From NCBI RefSeq assembly GCF_009914755.1, contig NC_060930.1: 64,000 nt of DNA. One strand, 5' to 3'. Both the position numbers and the translations under genes were made by a program. This document shows, one piece after another, positions 30,790 to 46,140 of the stretch. Each line of letters starts with the position of its first letter. Position 1 is the stretch's first letter. This DNA comes from the human T2T-CHM13v2.0 reference genome, Homo sapiens. A model generated the notes under the pieces. It had not been told where the DNA came from. It worked only from the letters and a program-made list of their open reading frames with translations, and did no database searches.

Positions 30790-33080
30790 TTTTTTTTAAA
30801 TTTTTTTTATTTTTATTTTTTTTATTGATCATTCTTGGGTGTTTTTGGGGGATTTGGCCGGGTCACAGGACAATAGTGGAGGGAAGGTCAGCAGATAAAC
30901 AAGTGAACAAAGGTCTCTGGTTTTCCTAGGCAGAGGACCCTGCGGCCTTCCGCAGTGTTTGTGTCCCTGGGTACTTGAGATTAGGGAGTGGTGATGACTC
31001 TTAAGGAGCATGCTGCCTTAAAGCATCTGTTTAACAAAGCACATCTTGCACCGCCCTTAATCCATTCAACCCTGAGTGGATACAGCACATGTTTCAGAGA
31101 GCACAGGGTTGGGGGTAAGGTCACTGATCAACAGGATCCCAAGGCAGAAGAATTTTTCTTAGTACAGAACAAAATGAAAAGTCTCCCATGTCTACCTCTT
31201 TCTACACAGACACGGCAACCATCCGATTTCTCAATCTTTTCCCCACCTTTCCCCCCTTTCTATTCCACAAAACTGCCACTGTCATCATGGCCCGTTCTCA
31301 ATGAGCTGTTGGGTACACCTCCCAGACAGGGTGGTGGCTGGGCAGAGGGGCTCCTCACTTCCCAGTAGGCGCGGCCGGGCAGAGGCGCCCCTCACCTCCC
31401 GGACGGGGCGGCAGGCCGGACGGGGGGCTGACCCCCCCCACCTCCCTCCCGGACGGGGCGGCTGGCCGGGCAGAGGGGCTCCTCACTTCCCAGTAGGCGC
31501 GGCCGGGCAGAGGCGCCCCTCACCTCCCAGACGGGGCGGCTGGCCGGGTGGGGGGCTGACCCCCCCACCTCCCTCCCGGACGCGGCGGCTGGCCGGGCGG
31601 GGGGCTGACTCCCCCACCTCCCTCCCGGACGGGGCGGCTGGCCGGGCAGAGTGGCTCCTCACTTCCCAGTAGGGGCGGCCGGGCAGAGGCGCCCCTCACC
31701 TCCTGGACGGGGCGGCTGGCCGGGCGGGGGGCTGACCCCCCCCCATCTCCCTCTCTCCCCGACGGGGCGGCTAGCCGGGCGGGGGGCTGACCCCCCCACC
31801 TCCCTCCCGGACGGGGTGGCTGGCTGGGCAGAGTGGCTCCTCACTTCCCAGTAGGGGCGGCCGGGCAGAGGCACCCCTCACCTCCTGGACGGGGCGGCTG
31901 GCCGGGCGGGGGGCTGACCCCCCCACCTCCCTCTCTCCCGGACGGGGCGGCTAGCCGGGCGGGGGGCTGACCCCCCCACCTCCCGCCCGGAGGGAGCGGC
32001 TGGCCGGGCAGAGAGGCTCCTCACTTCCCAGTAGGGGCGGCCGGGCAGAGGCGCCCCTCACCTGCCGGATGGGGCGGCTGGCCGGGCGGGGGGCTGACCC
32101 CCCCACCTCCCTCCTGGACTGAGCGGCTGGCCGGGCAGAGGGGCTCCTCACTTCCCAGTAGGGGCGGCCGGGCAGAGGCGCCCCTCACCTGCCGGACGGG
32201 GCGGCTGGCCGGGCGGGGGGCTGACCCCCCCACCTCCCTCCCGGACGAGGTGGCTGCCGGTAGGAGACGCTCCTCACTTCCCAGACGGGGTGGCTGCTGG
32301 GCGGAGGGGCTCCTCACTTCTCAGACAGGGCGGTTGCCAGGCAGAGGGTCTCCTCACTTCTCAGACGGGGCGGCCGGACAGAGATGCTCCTCACATCCCA
32401 GACGGGGCGGCAGGGCAGAGGTGCTCCCCACATCTCAGATGATGGGCGGCCGGGCAGAGATGCTCCTCACTTCCCAGATGTGATGGCGGCCGGGAAGAGG
32501 CGCTCCTCACTTCCTAGATGGGATGGCGGCCGGGCAGAGACGCTCCTCACTTTCCAGACTGGGCAGCCAGGCAGAGGGGCTCCTCACATCCCAGACGATG
32601 GGCGGCCAGGCGGAGACGCTCCTCACTTCCCAGACGGGGTGGCGGCCGGGCAGAGGCTGCAATCTCGGCACTTTGGGAGGCCAAGGCAGGCTGCTGGGAG
32701 GTGGAGGTTGTAGCGAGCCGAGATCACGCCACTGCACTCCAGCCTGGGCACCATTGAGCACTGAGTGAACGAGACTCCGTCTGCAATCCCGGCACCTCGG
32801 GAGGCCGAGGCTGGCGGGTCACTCGCGGTTAGGAGCTGGAGACCAGCCCAGCCAACACAGCGAATCCCCGTCTCCACCAAAAAAATACGAAAACCCGTCA
32901 GGCGTGGCGGTGCGCGCCTGCAATCGCAGGCACTCGGCAAGCTGAGGCAGGAGAATCAGGCAGGGAGGTTGCAGTGAGCCGAGATGGCAGCAGTACTGTC
33001 CAGCTTCGGCTCGGCATCAGAGGGAGACCGTGGAAAGAGAGGGAGAGGGAGACCGTGGGGAGAGGGAGAGGGAGAGGGAG
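30790..33080 (-). mobile_element. Full-length SVA (SVA_D-like)
   Basis: (CCCTCT)n head ~33020-33080, Alu-like ~32650-33020, GC-rich VNTR ~31320-32650, SINE-R ~30821-31320, AATAAA (tttatt 30821-30826), A-rich tail 30790-30820. Confidence 0.97.
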
Positions 33081-33193
33081 GGGGGTGTAGATTTTTCTAC
33101 AAAATTTTGTTATCCTTGTAGATTCAAGTAGCCATCACTGCAATTGGGATACAGAACTGTTCCAGCATGACCAAGAAATTCCCTTCTGCTACT

Positions 33194-33490
33194 TTTTGTT
33201 TGCATTTTTGAGACAGGATCTTGCTCTGTCGCCCAGCCTAGAGTGCAATGGTGCGATCATGGCTCGCTGCAGCCTGCAGCCTGGAACTGCTGGACTCAAG
33301 CAATCCTCCCATGTCAGCCTCCCAAATAGCTAGGGCTACTGCCACCACATTCATCTAATTTTCTATTTTTTATAGAGACAGAGTCTTGCTATGTTGCCCA
33401 GGCTGTTCTTGAACTCCTGGCCTCAAGTGATCCTCCTGTCTCAGCCTCCCAATGTGCTGAGATTACAGGTGTGAGCCACCACACCTGATC
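33194..33490 (-). mobile_element. AluJ
   Basis: gagacaggatcttgc...ggactcaagcaatcctccc. Confidence 0.9.
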
Positions 33491-33980
33491 CTCTTCTGCT
33501 GCTGGTTAATAGTTACACGCTTTTCCTAATGCTAATCACTGACAACTACTGATTAATCCACACATTTTATGTGTGCCTACTTTTAGAAAACCCAGCCAAA
33601 CATCATACCTTCCTAGGTGCAAGAATCCTATTTCCAACTTTTAAAATTCCCTATGGGCCTGAGTACTTAATGGGTGCTTAATAATGACTCCTTGAAACAC
33701 TAAGTAAAAAAAAAAAAATAGAACTCAGAGCTGAAAAACATATGAATCAAGATAATTTACAAAACAATAAAAAAGTTAAGACTACTTTCTTAAATATGAG
33801 CTCTTCAGGTTGACTAAGTGACGATTTATAATTTCTTTTCAGGGAGTCAGTACACCTAAAAGTGCTAATGATCTGAAATAAAGCTTCTCTAAAACATAAC
33901 TTTTTTTCAAAGCAATTCTACTAATATCTTTTCCTTTAATGACCTCTGTGATGTTGGTATGATGAAGTTTGTTATCCCTA

Positions 33981-34390
<410 letters not shown>

Positions 34391-34404
34391 CTATTTCAGT
34401 AGGT

Positions 34405-34530
34405 TCTTCTAACAGCCATGTGAGGTGGACGTTGTTATTTCCATTTCAAAGAAGAGAATGTGGACTCTCTGAGGTTCAATAACTTGCCTGTGGTCAGTTT
34501 ATATCAGAGACAAGATTCCAGATCCCACAT
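34405..34530 (-). mobile_element. MIR fragment
   Basis: aacagccatgtgagg...ttatttccatttcaaag...aataacttgcctgtggtca. Confidence 0.6.
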
Positions 34531-34586
34531 TCTCACCCTCACTCCACAATGAATGTTTTCCTCAAGAATAAAAGTCAAATAATTCA

Positions 34587-34870
34587 GGCCAGGCATAGTG
34601 GCTTATGTCTGTAATCCCAGTACTTTGGAAGGCTGAGGCAGGATTGCTTGAGCCCAGGAGTTTGAGACCAGCCTGAGCAATAGAGTGAGATCTTGTCTCC
34701 ACAAAAAATAAGACAAATTAGTTGGGTGTGGTGGCACACGCCTGTAGTCCCAGCTACTCCGGACACAGGAGGATTGATTGAGCCTGGGAGGTAGAGGCCG
34801 CAGTGAGCTGTGATCACACGCCACTGCACTTCAGCTCAGGTAACAGAGAGAGACCCTGTCTTAAAAAATA
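34587..34870 (+). mobile_element. AluJ
   Basis: ggattgcttgagcccaggagtttgagacc J-type. Confidence 0.9.
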
Positions 34871-35004
34871 AAGACAGGGTCTTTAAATAAGTAAGTTACG
34901 TAAGAATTCAGGTTGCTTGTCTCTGCCCCCTGTTTTTAAAAAAGTGTCAGTGGTAGTGGTGTTTTAGTACATTACCTACTTATAAAGGATAATATACTAT
35001 AATA

Positions 35005-35250
35005 GTTCATAAAAGTGGTTGAGGGCTTTGAAGTTAGCCAGACTTCTCTCCAAGTACCAGCTCGGCCACCCTCTAGCTTTGTGGACTATGGATGTGTTGT
35101 TTTATTTATTGAAGCCTCGTGGACTCATCTATAAAATAGAGAACCTGGTTGTTCTCCATCAGGTTGAGGGAATTCAATGGAATGAAACCTGGAAAGCACT
35201 TAGCAGAGTGCCTGGTATGTACCAGTCATTCAATAAACAGCAGCCATTAG
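35005..35250 (+). mobile_element. MIR, near full length
   Basis: gtggttgagggctttgaag...ctcatctataaaatag...aaagcacttagcagagtgcctgg...caataaa. Confidence 0.85.
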
Positions 35251-36282
35251 TGTATATGAATCTTTCATTTTATGGACTTTCCACTGCTGAGATCAAAATA
35301 CAAGCAAATAAATACTTAGATTGTGTTATGTGCAAAGCCACATACTATTGTTGGAATTAATGGAGGGACACAGTGATTTTTTTTTTGGACTTAAAAATAC
35401 TTGTTGAAATTTAGAATGCCATCTTGTCTATAAATTTTTTTAATTCATCAGTTAAGTTACTCTATTTTCAAATTGAAAGGCTGCCAATTTTTTTTTTTTT
35501 TCAAAATTCCTGATTTTGGTTTTAAATGAGTGGATTTTCCAAAAATGAAGGATTTGAATTAGATCTTACTAAGGTGCTGGTGACCCCATCTCTCTTTCAT
35601 TTACCTGACATATTCATTTCCTGAGAAATGGTCAGGTGGAGAGGCAGCTGATACGGATTTTTGTGTGTGTGGTGGGAGTGGGGGTGCTCGCTGCATACAG
35701 CTTTTGCTAATATTAAAAGATAATTGCGTACACTCAACAGGCATTGCAATTGCAGTCACATTCTCCTGTCGTCCAGGGAATGGCACTCGGCTCTGCCTAG
35801 CATGATGTTTGTTTGTTTAGGGCGAGACTAATGGTTGAGGTATTTGTGAGAAGCATTTGTATCATAGTGACAGACTGCAGGGCGCTCTTTCCTGTGTTAC
35901 AGATTGCTAGGAAATTGGATAGGACCTCCTGAGATATTCTATCCCATGCCTTCCCTCAAGACAAGCCTGTGACATACATGAGAATAGCGGTGGGGGTGGG
36001 GTGGAGAGTCAGGGACCCTGTGGGAGTGAGCTGCGTATCCCATACGGCCTGGAACGTCCTGTATTCTTAGGAACAGCCTGCACATAGCAATATAGAGCAT
36101 CCTTGGCACTGCATGGAAAATGGACTGATACTCTCTTGAGGGCCTCTTGGAAATCTCTAAAGTGAAGAAAGAGGAAGAAAGACAGCTTTGCTTGACAGTT
36201 CTCATCAGAAGCCTAAATGATACAGTGCAATGCTGAAAGTTGGAGGCTGGATTGGTGAGGCTGGAGTCAGATGGGGGTAGGA

Positions 36283-36393
36283 TAGTGGTTCTCAACTCTA
36301 GATGCAAATTATAACCTCCTGGTGGCCCATTGAAGGGTGTTGTCTTTAACCTCCCAGATGATTCTCCTGTACATCTGGGATTAAGAGCCACTG
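36283..36393 (+). mobile_element. Short MER5-family MITE
   Basis: TIRs tagtggttctcaac / ttaagagccactg; cagatgattct motif. Confidence 0.6.
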
Positions 36394-37328
36394 AGATCCA
36401 CACCCTGATGAAACAGCAAAGCAAAACACCAACAAGGGCAAATAAAAAACTGGAAACAACCCACAATGGTTGAATAGGTCCCGTATTTCCTAATGAGGCC
36501 ACTGGCCTTCCCAGTTGGCTGAAATTTCTCTTTTCACATTCTGAAAATGGGTCCAGTGGGCAAATATCCTGTTGATAGCTGAGTCCACCCAACTGCATTT
36601 TGTAGCATGTGGGATGTGGCTACTCTGTTTGCTCCAGAGTGAGAAGCAGGAAGTTCACTTTGGAATCATTATTTAAAGGCTCTCTGGGACCTCAGGCTTT
36701 AAACAGAAATATATAGTGCATTCTAAGGGGTATTGTGTTTAACTATTAATAATTGTTCCTTTCATATGAGAGATATTACTGTGTAGGGTGGACAGAAACC
36801 CTCTGAGAACACCATGTGTTTCATGTTTACCATGAATAAGTCTTTCCCTCTCAAAAATCATAATTTGGAAATCATTCTTTTCCTGTGAAAACCAGAAAGT
36901 TGCTTTTTTTTTCCTTCTGTTCTCTTAATAGGAACAGTAATAAAAGTTCCCATTGGGAAAAGCTTTCATTTTGACGTGGTGCAGTCAGTGGCGGTCTCTC
37001 TAGGAAAGCCCTGGAAAAGGCATTGCTGCATTTTTCTCTGTTGCATGTGTCTTTTCTCCCCTTAGTGTCATGTCCAAGCATGATGTCACTCACATGTCAT
37101 CTGCACATCCCAGGTCCCTTTGCAAATGGAAACTACAGAAGAAACAAAAATTGATTGAGTGCATAAAATCTATTTCAGGAACATCCTAAAGGGTCTATCT
37201 CAGAAGCACTGAGTTCCAAAGGATTTGCTGACATTTATTGTTCTGCTTCAGATTATTAAATGTCTTTCTGATCACATGATGCCATGTTTTGCATAGTGTG
37301 ACATATCTGTCCTGTTTTAAATTCATAG

Positions 37329-37412
37329 GAATTGGCAACAAGCTCATTTCACTGGTGGGTTTGCTGAAGCATTATCACAAGACAGTCAGAATGACTGATG
37401 AGTGCTCTTCAG
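37329..37412 (+). other. RBM47: 84-nt internal exon, probably 5'-UTR exon of RBM47
   Basis: Acceptor ctgtcctgttttaaattcatag|GAA, donor CAG|gtaggg, in an Alu-free stretch; gene identity is from my recollection of the RBM47 mRNA leader and needs BLAT confirmation. Confidence 0.6.
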
Positions 37413-37820
37413 GTAGGGAAATGCTGCCAGCCTGGTTTGTATTTTGTCTTACCAAGAGTTTTGCTCCTTAATTTTCTATTTCAGTTATGAATAATCCCTT
37501 TTCATGCTAGTAGCCATAATCACATTATAAAGGATTTAAAATTTGTCATTTCCTGGTAGTATTTCTTACAGCGTAAGCATTTTTGGTTCATGTACGATTA
37601 TTCTCCTTTTATTTTATTTTTTAACATGAGGAGATATCATAGGCCAATATTAAGATTTCCTAATTTTAATGTTAAGAGCTAAGCACATATTCTGGTCAAG
37701 TAGAGAAGTTAAAGAGTGACCAGACTTTATCTGAAATGGTAGGAATAGGAGACATGCTGTTCCATGATGTACCTTGACACGGTTTTTAAAAAGCAACATT
37801 TATGCCTGAGAATCTAATGA

Positions 37821-38211
<391 letters not shown>

Positions 38212-38247
38212 TGTTTCTGTGTCTTCTTAAATTTAGAGACCGTTAGC

Positions 38248-38764
<517 letters not shown>

Positions 38765-39108
38765 TTGGTAGCCATTCTTGTAGAGCACTACACATCTGTC
38801 TCTGACTGAACAGGCCCAGAGATGTGGACAAGTTGGTCTCATAGAAACTTATTTTCAAGTTCGTCATGTGAGAAGCCCAAGGGAGTGGAGGACAGCCGTA
38901 TATCTGGAAAGTGAAAACACGTAGCTGTACTTTTTGGGCAAACATAAAACTACATTTGAATATAGTAAATTCTTAGATAACTGTGAGCCATGGCCAACCA
39001 AAAGCATGGCACATACAAGGAACATGTGCCGGGTGGACCTTGAATGATCACATTTAACTTTGTGTCTGTAGAACTTGTGTTTCATTTTATTTTTCCCTTC
39101 CAAAGTTG

Positions 39109-39426
<318 letters not shown>

Positions 39427-40184
39427 CCTCTCAAAGTATTTTGAGTGGAACATTGTTCATAGAAGAAGTTACATCTTTTCTGGGGTTAGGATGTACATTT
39501 CATTAGGTCCTTCCAGATACTTAAAAGGTTCTCCGCATGCTGGTAGAATATGTGGTAATTCTCAGTTGATGAATTATATGATTGTGGCAGTTTGAATACG
39601 TAGATATTATAGATGTTGTAAATGGTTTTGTCAGGCAGAGTGAGCTACTATTTTAAACTAGCAAGAATATTCACTTTAACAGGCAGTTTCTTATTGGTGG
39701 CTAAGGCTGTTACAGCTATGTCAGTACTTTTTAGAAAAGATAAGCTGAAAGTATTACTCATTTATATTTATAAATCTAATCCTATGCATAACCAATGTTG
39801 AGCATTCCAAGCATTAATCCCGTGGTACTTGGCGTATAAAGGCCATGTGGAGCTAGACCTGGAAACACACCGTATACTCATCTCTTTTTGAATCTATGGG
39901 TATTTTTCCCCCTTTGGGAGTTCATTTTTCCTGGTTGTTCTGGGGGCTCACTGAGATGTAAGAGTTTCAGATTCTGGTTTCTTTGCGGAAAGACAGCAGA
40001 GTTCAAATTAGGCTCATAGACATTCTTGCCTAGTTGCCAATAATTCCTTACACAGTGACGATGGAGGTAAAAGAACACTGAGCAAGCCAAGAGCAGGGAG
40101 GGGAAGAGAGGAATCTCAAAGAATTCAGATGGGCCTACAAGGCAATTAATGTCAATACATTTCCTGTTTCCCACAACTTGGTTA

Positions 40185-40268
40185 GAGGTGGAGCTTGCAG
40201 TGACCTGAGATCGCGCTACTGTCCTCTAGCCCGGGAGACAGAGTGAGACTCTGTCCCCCAACAAAAAA
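40185..40268 (+). mobile_element. Alu 3' fragment (Y-like)
   Basis: gaggtggagcttgcagtgacctgagatcgcgc...gagactctgtc. Confidence 0.8.
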
Positions 40269-40280
40269 AGTACAATTTTT

Positions 40281-40595
<315 letters not shown>

Positions 40596-40638
40596 CTAAC
40601 GATGGCTATGTTATATATATATATATATATTTATATAA

Positions 40639-41365
<727 letters not shown>

Positions 41366-41794
41366 TAATGTGAGTTAGGTCATATTGAACCTGTGTTTAG
41401 AGATACGTAAGGACTTTGATTAGTGCCCATCTTGTGCCAGCTTGTATTTCCCGTTTAGAGTTGGCAAAGGACAACATGTTGTAGCATTGGTCTTAGATGA
41501 ATTATTGGTCTTAGGTTTTATTACCTAAAACCTGGATTTATTTATTTTTAACAATTAACCGAACTGTGACATCAATATCAGTTCCCATTCTTTGGTCACA
41601 GTTTAGTCATTTGAGAAAGGGTTGAGAGGCTTTTTAGGAGAAAAATTCATGCACATGCAGAGTCTACTCTAACACAGAACCACCTCACATTGAGTTTTGA
41701 AGCTAAATGATCTTTCCACGGTAATTATAATTAAGACCAGTATATTACAAAGAATCAGTTTACCAAAAAGAACTTTAAAAACCCTGAAGAACTA

Positions 41795-42091
41795 GGCCAC
41801 ATGCCTAGTTCACACCTGTAATCCCAGCACTTTGGGAGGCCAAGGCAGGCGGATCACCTGAGGTCAGGAGTTCGAGACCAGACTGACCAACATGGTGAAA
41901 CCCCATCTCTACTAAAAATACAAAATTATCTGGGCATGGTGGTGCATGCCTGTAATCCCAGCTATTTGGGAGGCTGAGGCTGGAGAATAGCTTGAATCTG
42001 GGATTCTGGGAGGTGGAGGTTGCAATAAGCCAAGATCATGCCATTGCACACCAGCCTGGGCAACAAGAGTGAAACTGTCTAAAAAAAAAAA
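41795..42091 (+). mobile_element. AluSq/Sp with altered 5' end
   Basis: ggccacatgcctagttcacacctgtaatccc... Confidence 0.9.
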
Positions 42092-43249
42092 GGCCAGCTG
42101 GGGACTGAGGAGCAATTTGGGGTTATGTTGATCTTCTTGGGCTGGCAGAGTCTCTGGGCAACAGAGTTCATGCAGCTGGATTAAGGTTGCACCCTGTAGT
42201 TTCTCTTTCCACTTGGACAGAAATGGAGGTGTTGGGCCTATAATCTGGTCCTTGCCCAAAGCCAAGTTAGTGTTATGCAGTATTTCTGTTTTGAACACAT
42301 TTGTCCTTATTTTCCCTTTTCTCTTCTTGCCCACTAGTAGGGAAAAAAATAATCCGAGTTATTTGCTTGGGTGGAGCCACTCTTTGATTGCAATGCCCCA
42401 GGGTTTTCTAGGTTAACAAATTGGAGCTTTCCAGCCGGCTGAGTAGGGGTGGGCTACAGCTCTTCTACCCTGCCTTCTCATATTCCTTTCCTTCCTTCCC
42501 ACTCCAGAAGAGAAAGCAGAGGCCTGGTTGCTGAGTGTGGAGGACATGCTGTTTTGGGGAGCCTAGGGACTGTTGACCACAGCTGTGTCTTTTTGTGGAG
42601 AGGAGTTTCAGCATATTCTTGGAAGGTGTGGGATGCAAAATATACACCTTTTAGTTGAGTACTTTTGTAATGCAGCCCTGTGTGCCTTAGAGCTCAGAAA
42701 CACTGGGGAAGGAGGGTGGGGTAGTTGGACGTGAGGGTGAGGATGGGTGGGGAGGAGGCGTAAATCTCCTGGGCTCCATCAGGGCAGGAATCAACATCCC
42801 AGGAAGCAGAGACAAACCCTTTGGCTTCTGTCCTTGTGCTCCATGGGTGAATCAGAAAGGACCGTGGTCAGTTATGTGGGAGTGCAGAAAGCCAGCCAGC
42901 CAGCACGATTCGCCTTGGAGGAATGACTTCTCATGCTGCCACCTCCTGCTTCTCTGCTGGGGGTGTGGAAGAAACAGTATGGGATGTGGGCGGTTTTCTG
43001 CTGCAGTTTATTGAACAAACAGCTGCCCTCCTCCATTTCTCTCCCTCCCTTACCCCCATCCCGCCACATCCTTCTTCCTGGGGCAGGGTATAACCATGCT
43101 GTAAACTTTGGTAGTGGGAGAATCTTGCCAATACTTTCTGAAACAGCAACTTTTTTTTTTTTTTTTGGCTTGGAACTGTTAGTTCAAAGCTGGAAACAGA
43201 GTAAATAAAATTTGATCTAGTCATTCTAGAAATGATTTGTATCAGTCCA

Positions 43250-43700
43250 GAAAATGGCCAGAGTCCAGTAGTTTGAATCTAAAAGAGCTGAACTAAGATA
43301 AGGTAAGGAGCCAGTTTTTTAACCTGGCAACCACATGCCCCAACTTGAAAGCCTGTTTGCTGCTCTTCTTTTGTTATCATAACCTCTTGAACAGAATACG
43401 CCATTTGAAACAACAGTAAACGCTTCTCAGTGGATAAGTTTATGACCTAGTTTTTGACCAAGAGCACTTACGGGATTGAACGGCGCGGGGAAGAGCAAAG
43501 GACCTTGGACACCATTCGCCAGGAAGTTCTGTGCAAACCGGGAGCTCGGGGCTCATTAGAAGCCGGAGACATTAAGCAGCAGCTGTTTTATGGTGTGAAC
43601 TTTTGCACAGAGGATTTCAAGAGGCTCATTCTCCTCGGAAGTCTGTTTGCAAAGTGGTTCTTTCTTGGCTGTTGCTTCATCCTTCTTCAGAGGCCTATTT
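43250..43700. promoter_or_regulatory. Candidate intronic enhancer
   Basis: Repeat-free, locally CpG-retaining; GATA (agataa), FOX (tgtttgc x2), CDX/HOX (tttatga, tttatgg), ETS (ggaagt x2), E-box cagctg. Confidence 0.35.
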
Positions 43701-44822
43701 TCACTCCGAGTGTGAGCATTTCATGCCAAACCCAGCCATGACCTTGTGGCTGCTGAGCTGCCCACATGGCCTGACCCCACAGGTCTTGGGATGGTGTGCG
43801 CAGCAGAGCTAAACCAGGAGGGGTGTCTATCTCAGCTCTGCTGGCTCTGGGGCTGGTCGCACCCTGCAGACTTGGAGTTGAGGACCAGAAACGCAGGGGG
43901 ATGTTACAAAAGGAGCGTGATCCTGCAGCCCCTTTCCTCTCTCATAAACTGGATGCTTGGCCCTCCATCCTCTCTCCAGCTTTTTTCGTGAACTCTTGCA
44001 CCCACTCTCAGCCTTCCCCTCTGCACTCTATTAAATCTGAACTTGAGTTCTTGTTCCGCTTAACATGGGAAGATATGCTTTTCAAGGAGAAGTATGAGAA
44101 ATGAATTAAAATATATCTACAGTTTACTAATGGTGGTATAGGCCTTAGAATATGGTTAACGAAATTTCTTCCTCCTTTCTTTTCTCTTCCTTCTCTCCTT
44201 CCTTCCTTTGAAATTGTTTTTCTTTTTATCCTCCCACTTGTATTTGCTTTTACAGTGAAACTACTCAACAAAGCATACTTAGATGTGTTTTAGAAAGAAA
44301 AATCATTCTCTCTAAAGAGCACTATTAAAGGCATGATGCAGTCTGGGATCCATGAGAATATAAAACACAGAATTTAAAGGGTCAAAGTTAACGTTAATTA
44401 TCTATTAACATGATTAATATTAGTAATAAAACTTACTGAAATGATTGGGTCCCATTTTTATATTTCACATTTCTTTTTTAGTAATGTACATCTTGTATAT
44501 CACAAAAGATTTACCTATTTCTGTTCTTTTATCATTGACACATGAAATCTATATACAAAAAGATTTTTAAATGGGGGGAGGCAACATTCCTATCATCTAA
44601 TGGAGAAATAATTATATACATGAAAGTGCATGAGAAAATAATATTCAACATTACAACTGTTTAGGCAGTGTTTTACATTTAAATTTAAATTTAATTTACA
44701 TTTGAAAATGTAAAAGGAAAATACAAGACTGCATGTGCAATATTATCTATGCAAAAGTACACTGTCGAGTGTTTAGAAGGAACCATGCCAGAGAGTTTAT
44801 AGTAGTTGAATATGGATTATGA

Positions 44823-45128
<306 letters not shown>

Positions 45129-45500
45129 GATTATGAGCATTTAAAATTGTTTTCTTTTTACATTCTCTTTCCTCAGTTTTCCACAATGAGCAAGCAAATC
45201 TTTTATAATTAGAACATCTAACCTTTATTAAAATACTTTAATAAGGATATCTTCCTCTCTGTTCTACCTATTTTTGTGACGTGGTTCATATTAATATAGG
45301 AATTACAAAACTTCAAAAAGTTATTCTTGTTTTAGGTCTGTTCATATTTGGAAGGCTTTCAATTTTATGTATACCTCACCCCACTTGGGGCCAGCCTGGG
45401 AGCTGTGGGTTTCCTCCCAGAGAGCTCTACTTAGAGAACAGGGCATTTCTTGCCTACTGTGGTAGTCTCCTTCATCTTCTCCTTTTTAAATAATTATTTT

Positions 45501-46140
<640 letters not shown>

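Larger units (their letters stand above)
30243..33098 (-). mobile_element. Complete SVA insertion including 3' transductions and TSDs
   Basis: Identical 18-bp gggggtgtagatttttct at 30243-30260 and 33081-33098; terminal poly(T) 30261-30279. Confidence 0.9.

Noticed and set aside
31320-32650. Repeat-spacer-like array resembling CRISPR
   Set aside because: SVA VNTR in primate DNA; no unique spacers, no cas genes
30988-32977. Cluster of Gly/Pro/Arg-rich ORFs
   Set aside because: Read-through of SVA SINE-R, VNTR and Alu-like regions
35939-36598. Longest ORF (219 aa, minus strand)
   Set aside because: Runs through a MER5 fossil, has no recognisable domain, no evident splice or promoter context; length is compatible with chance
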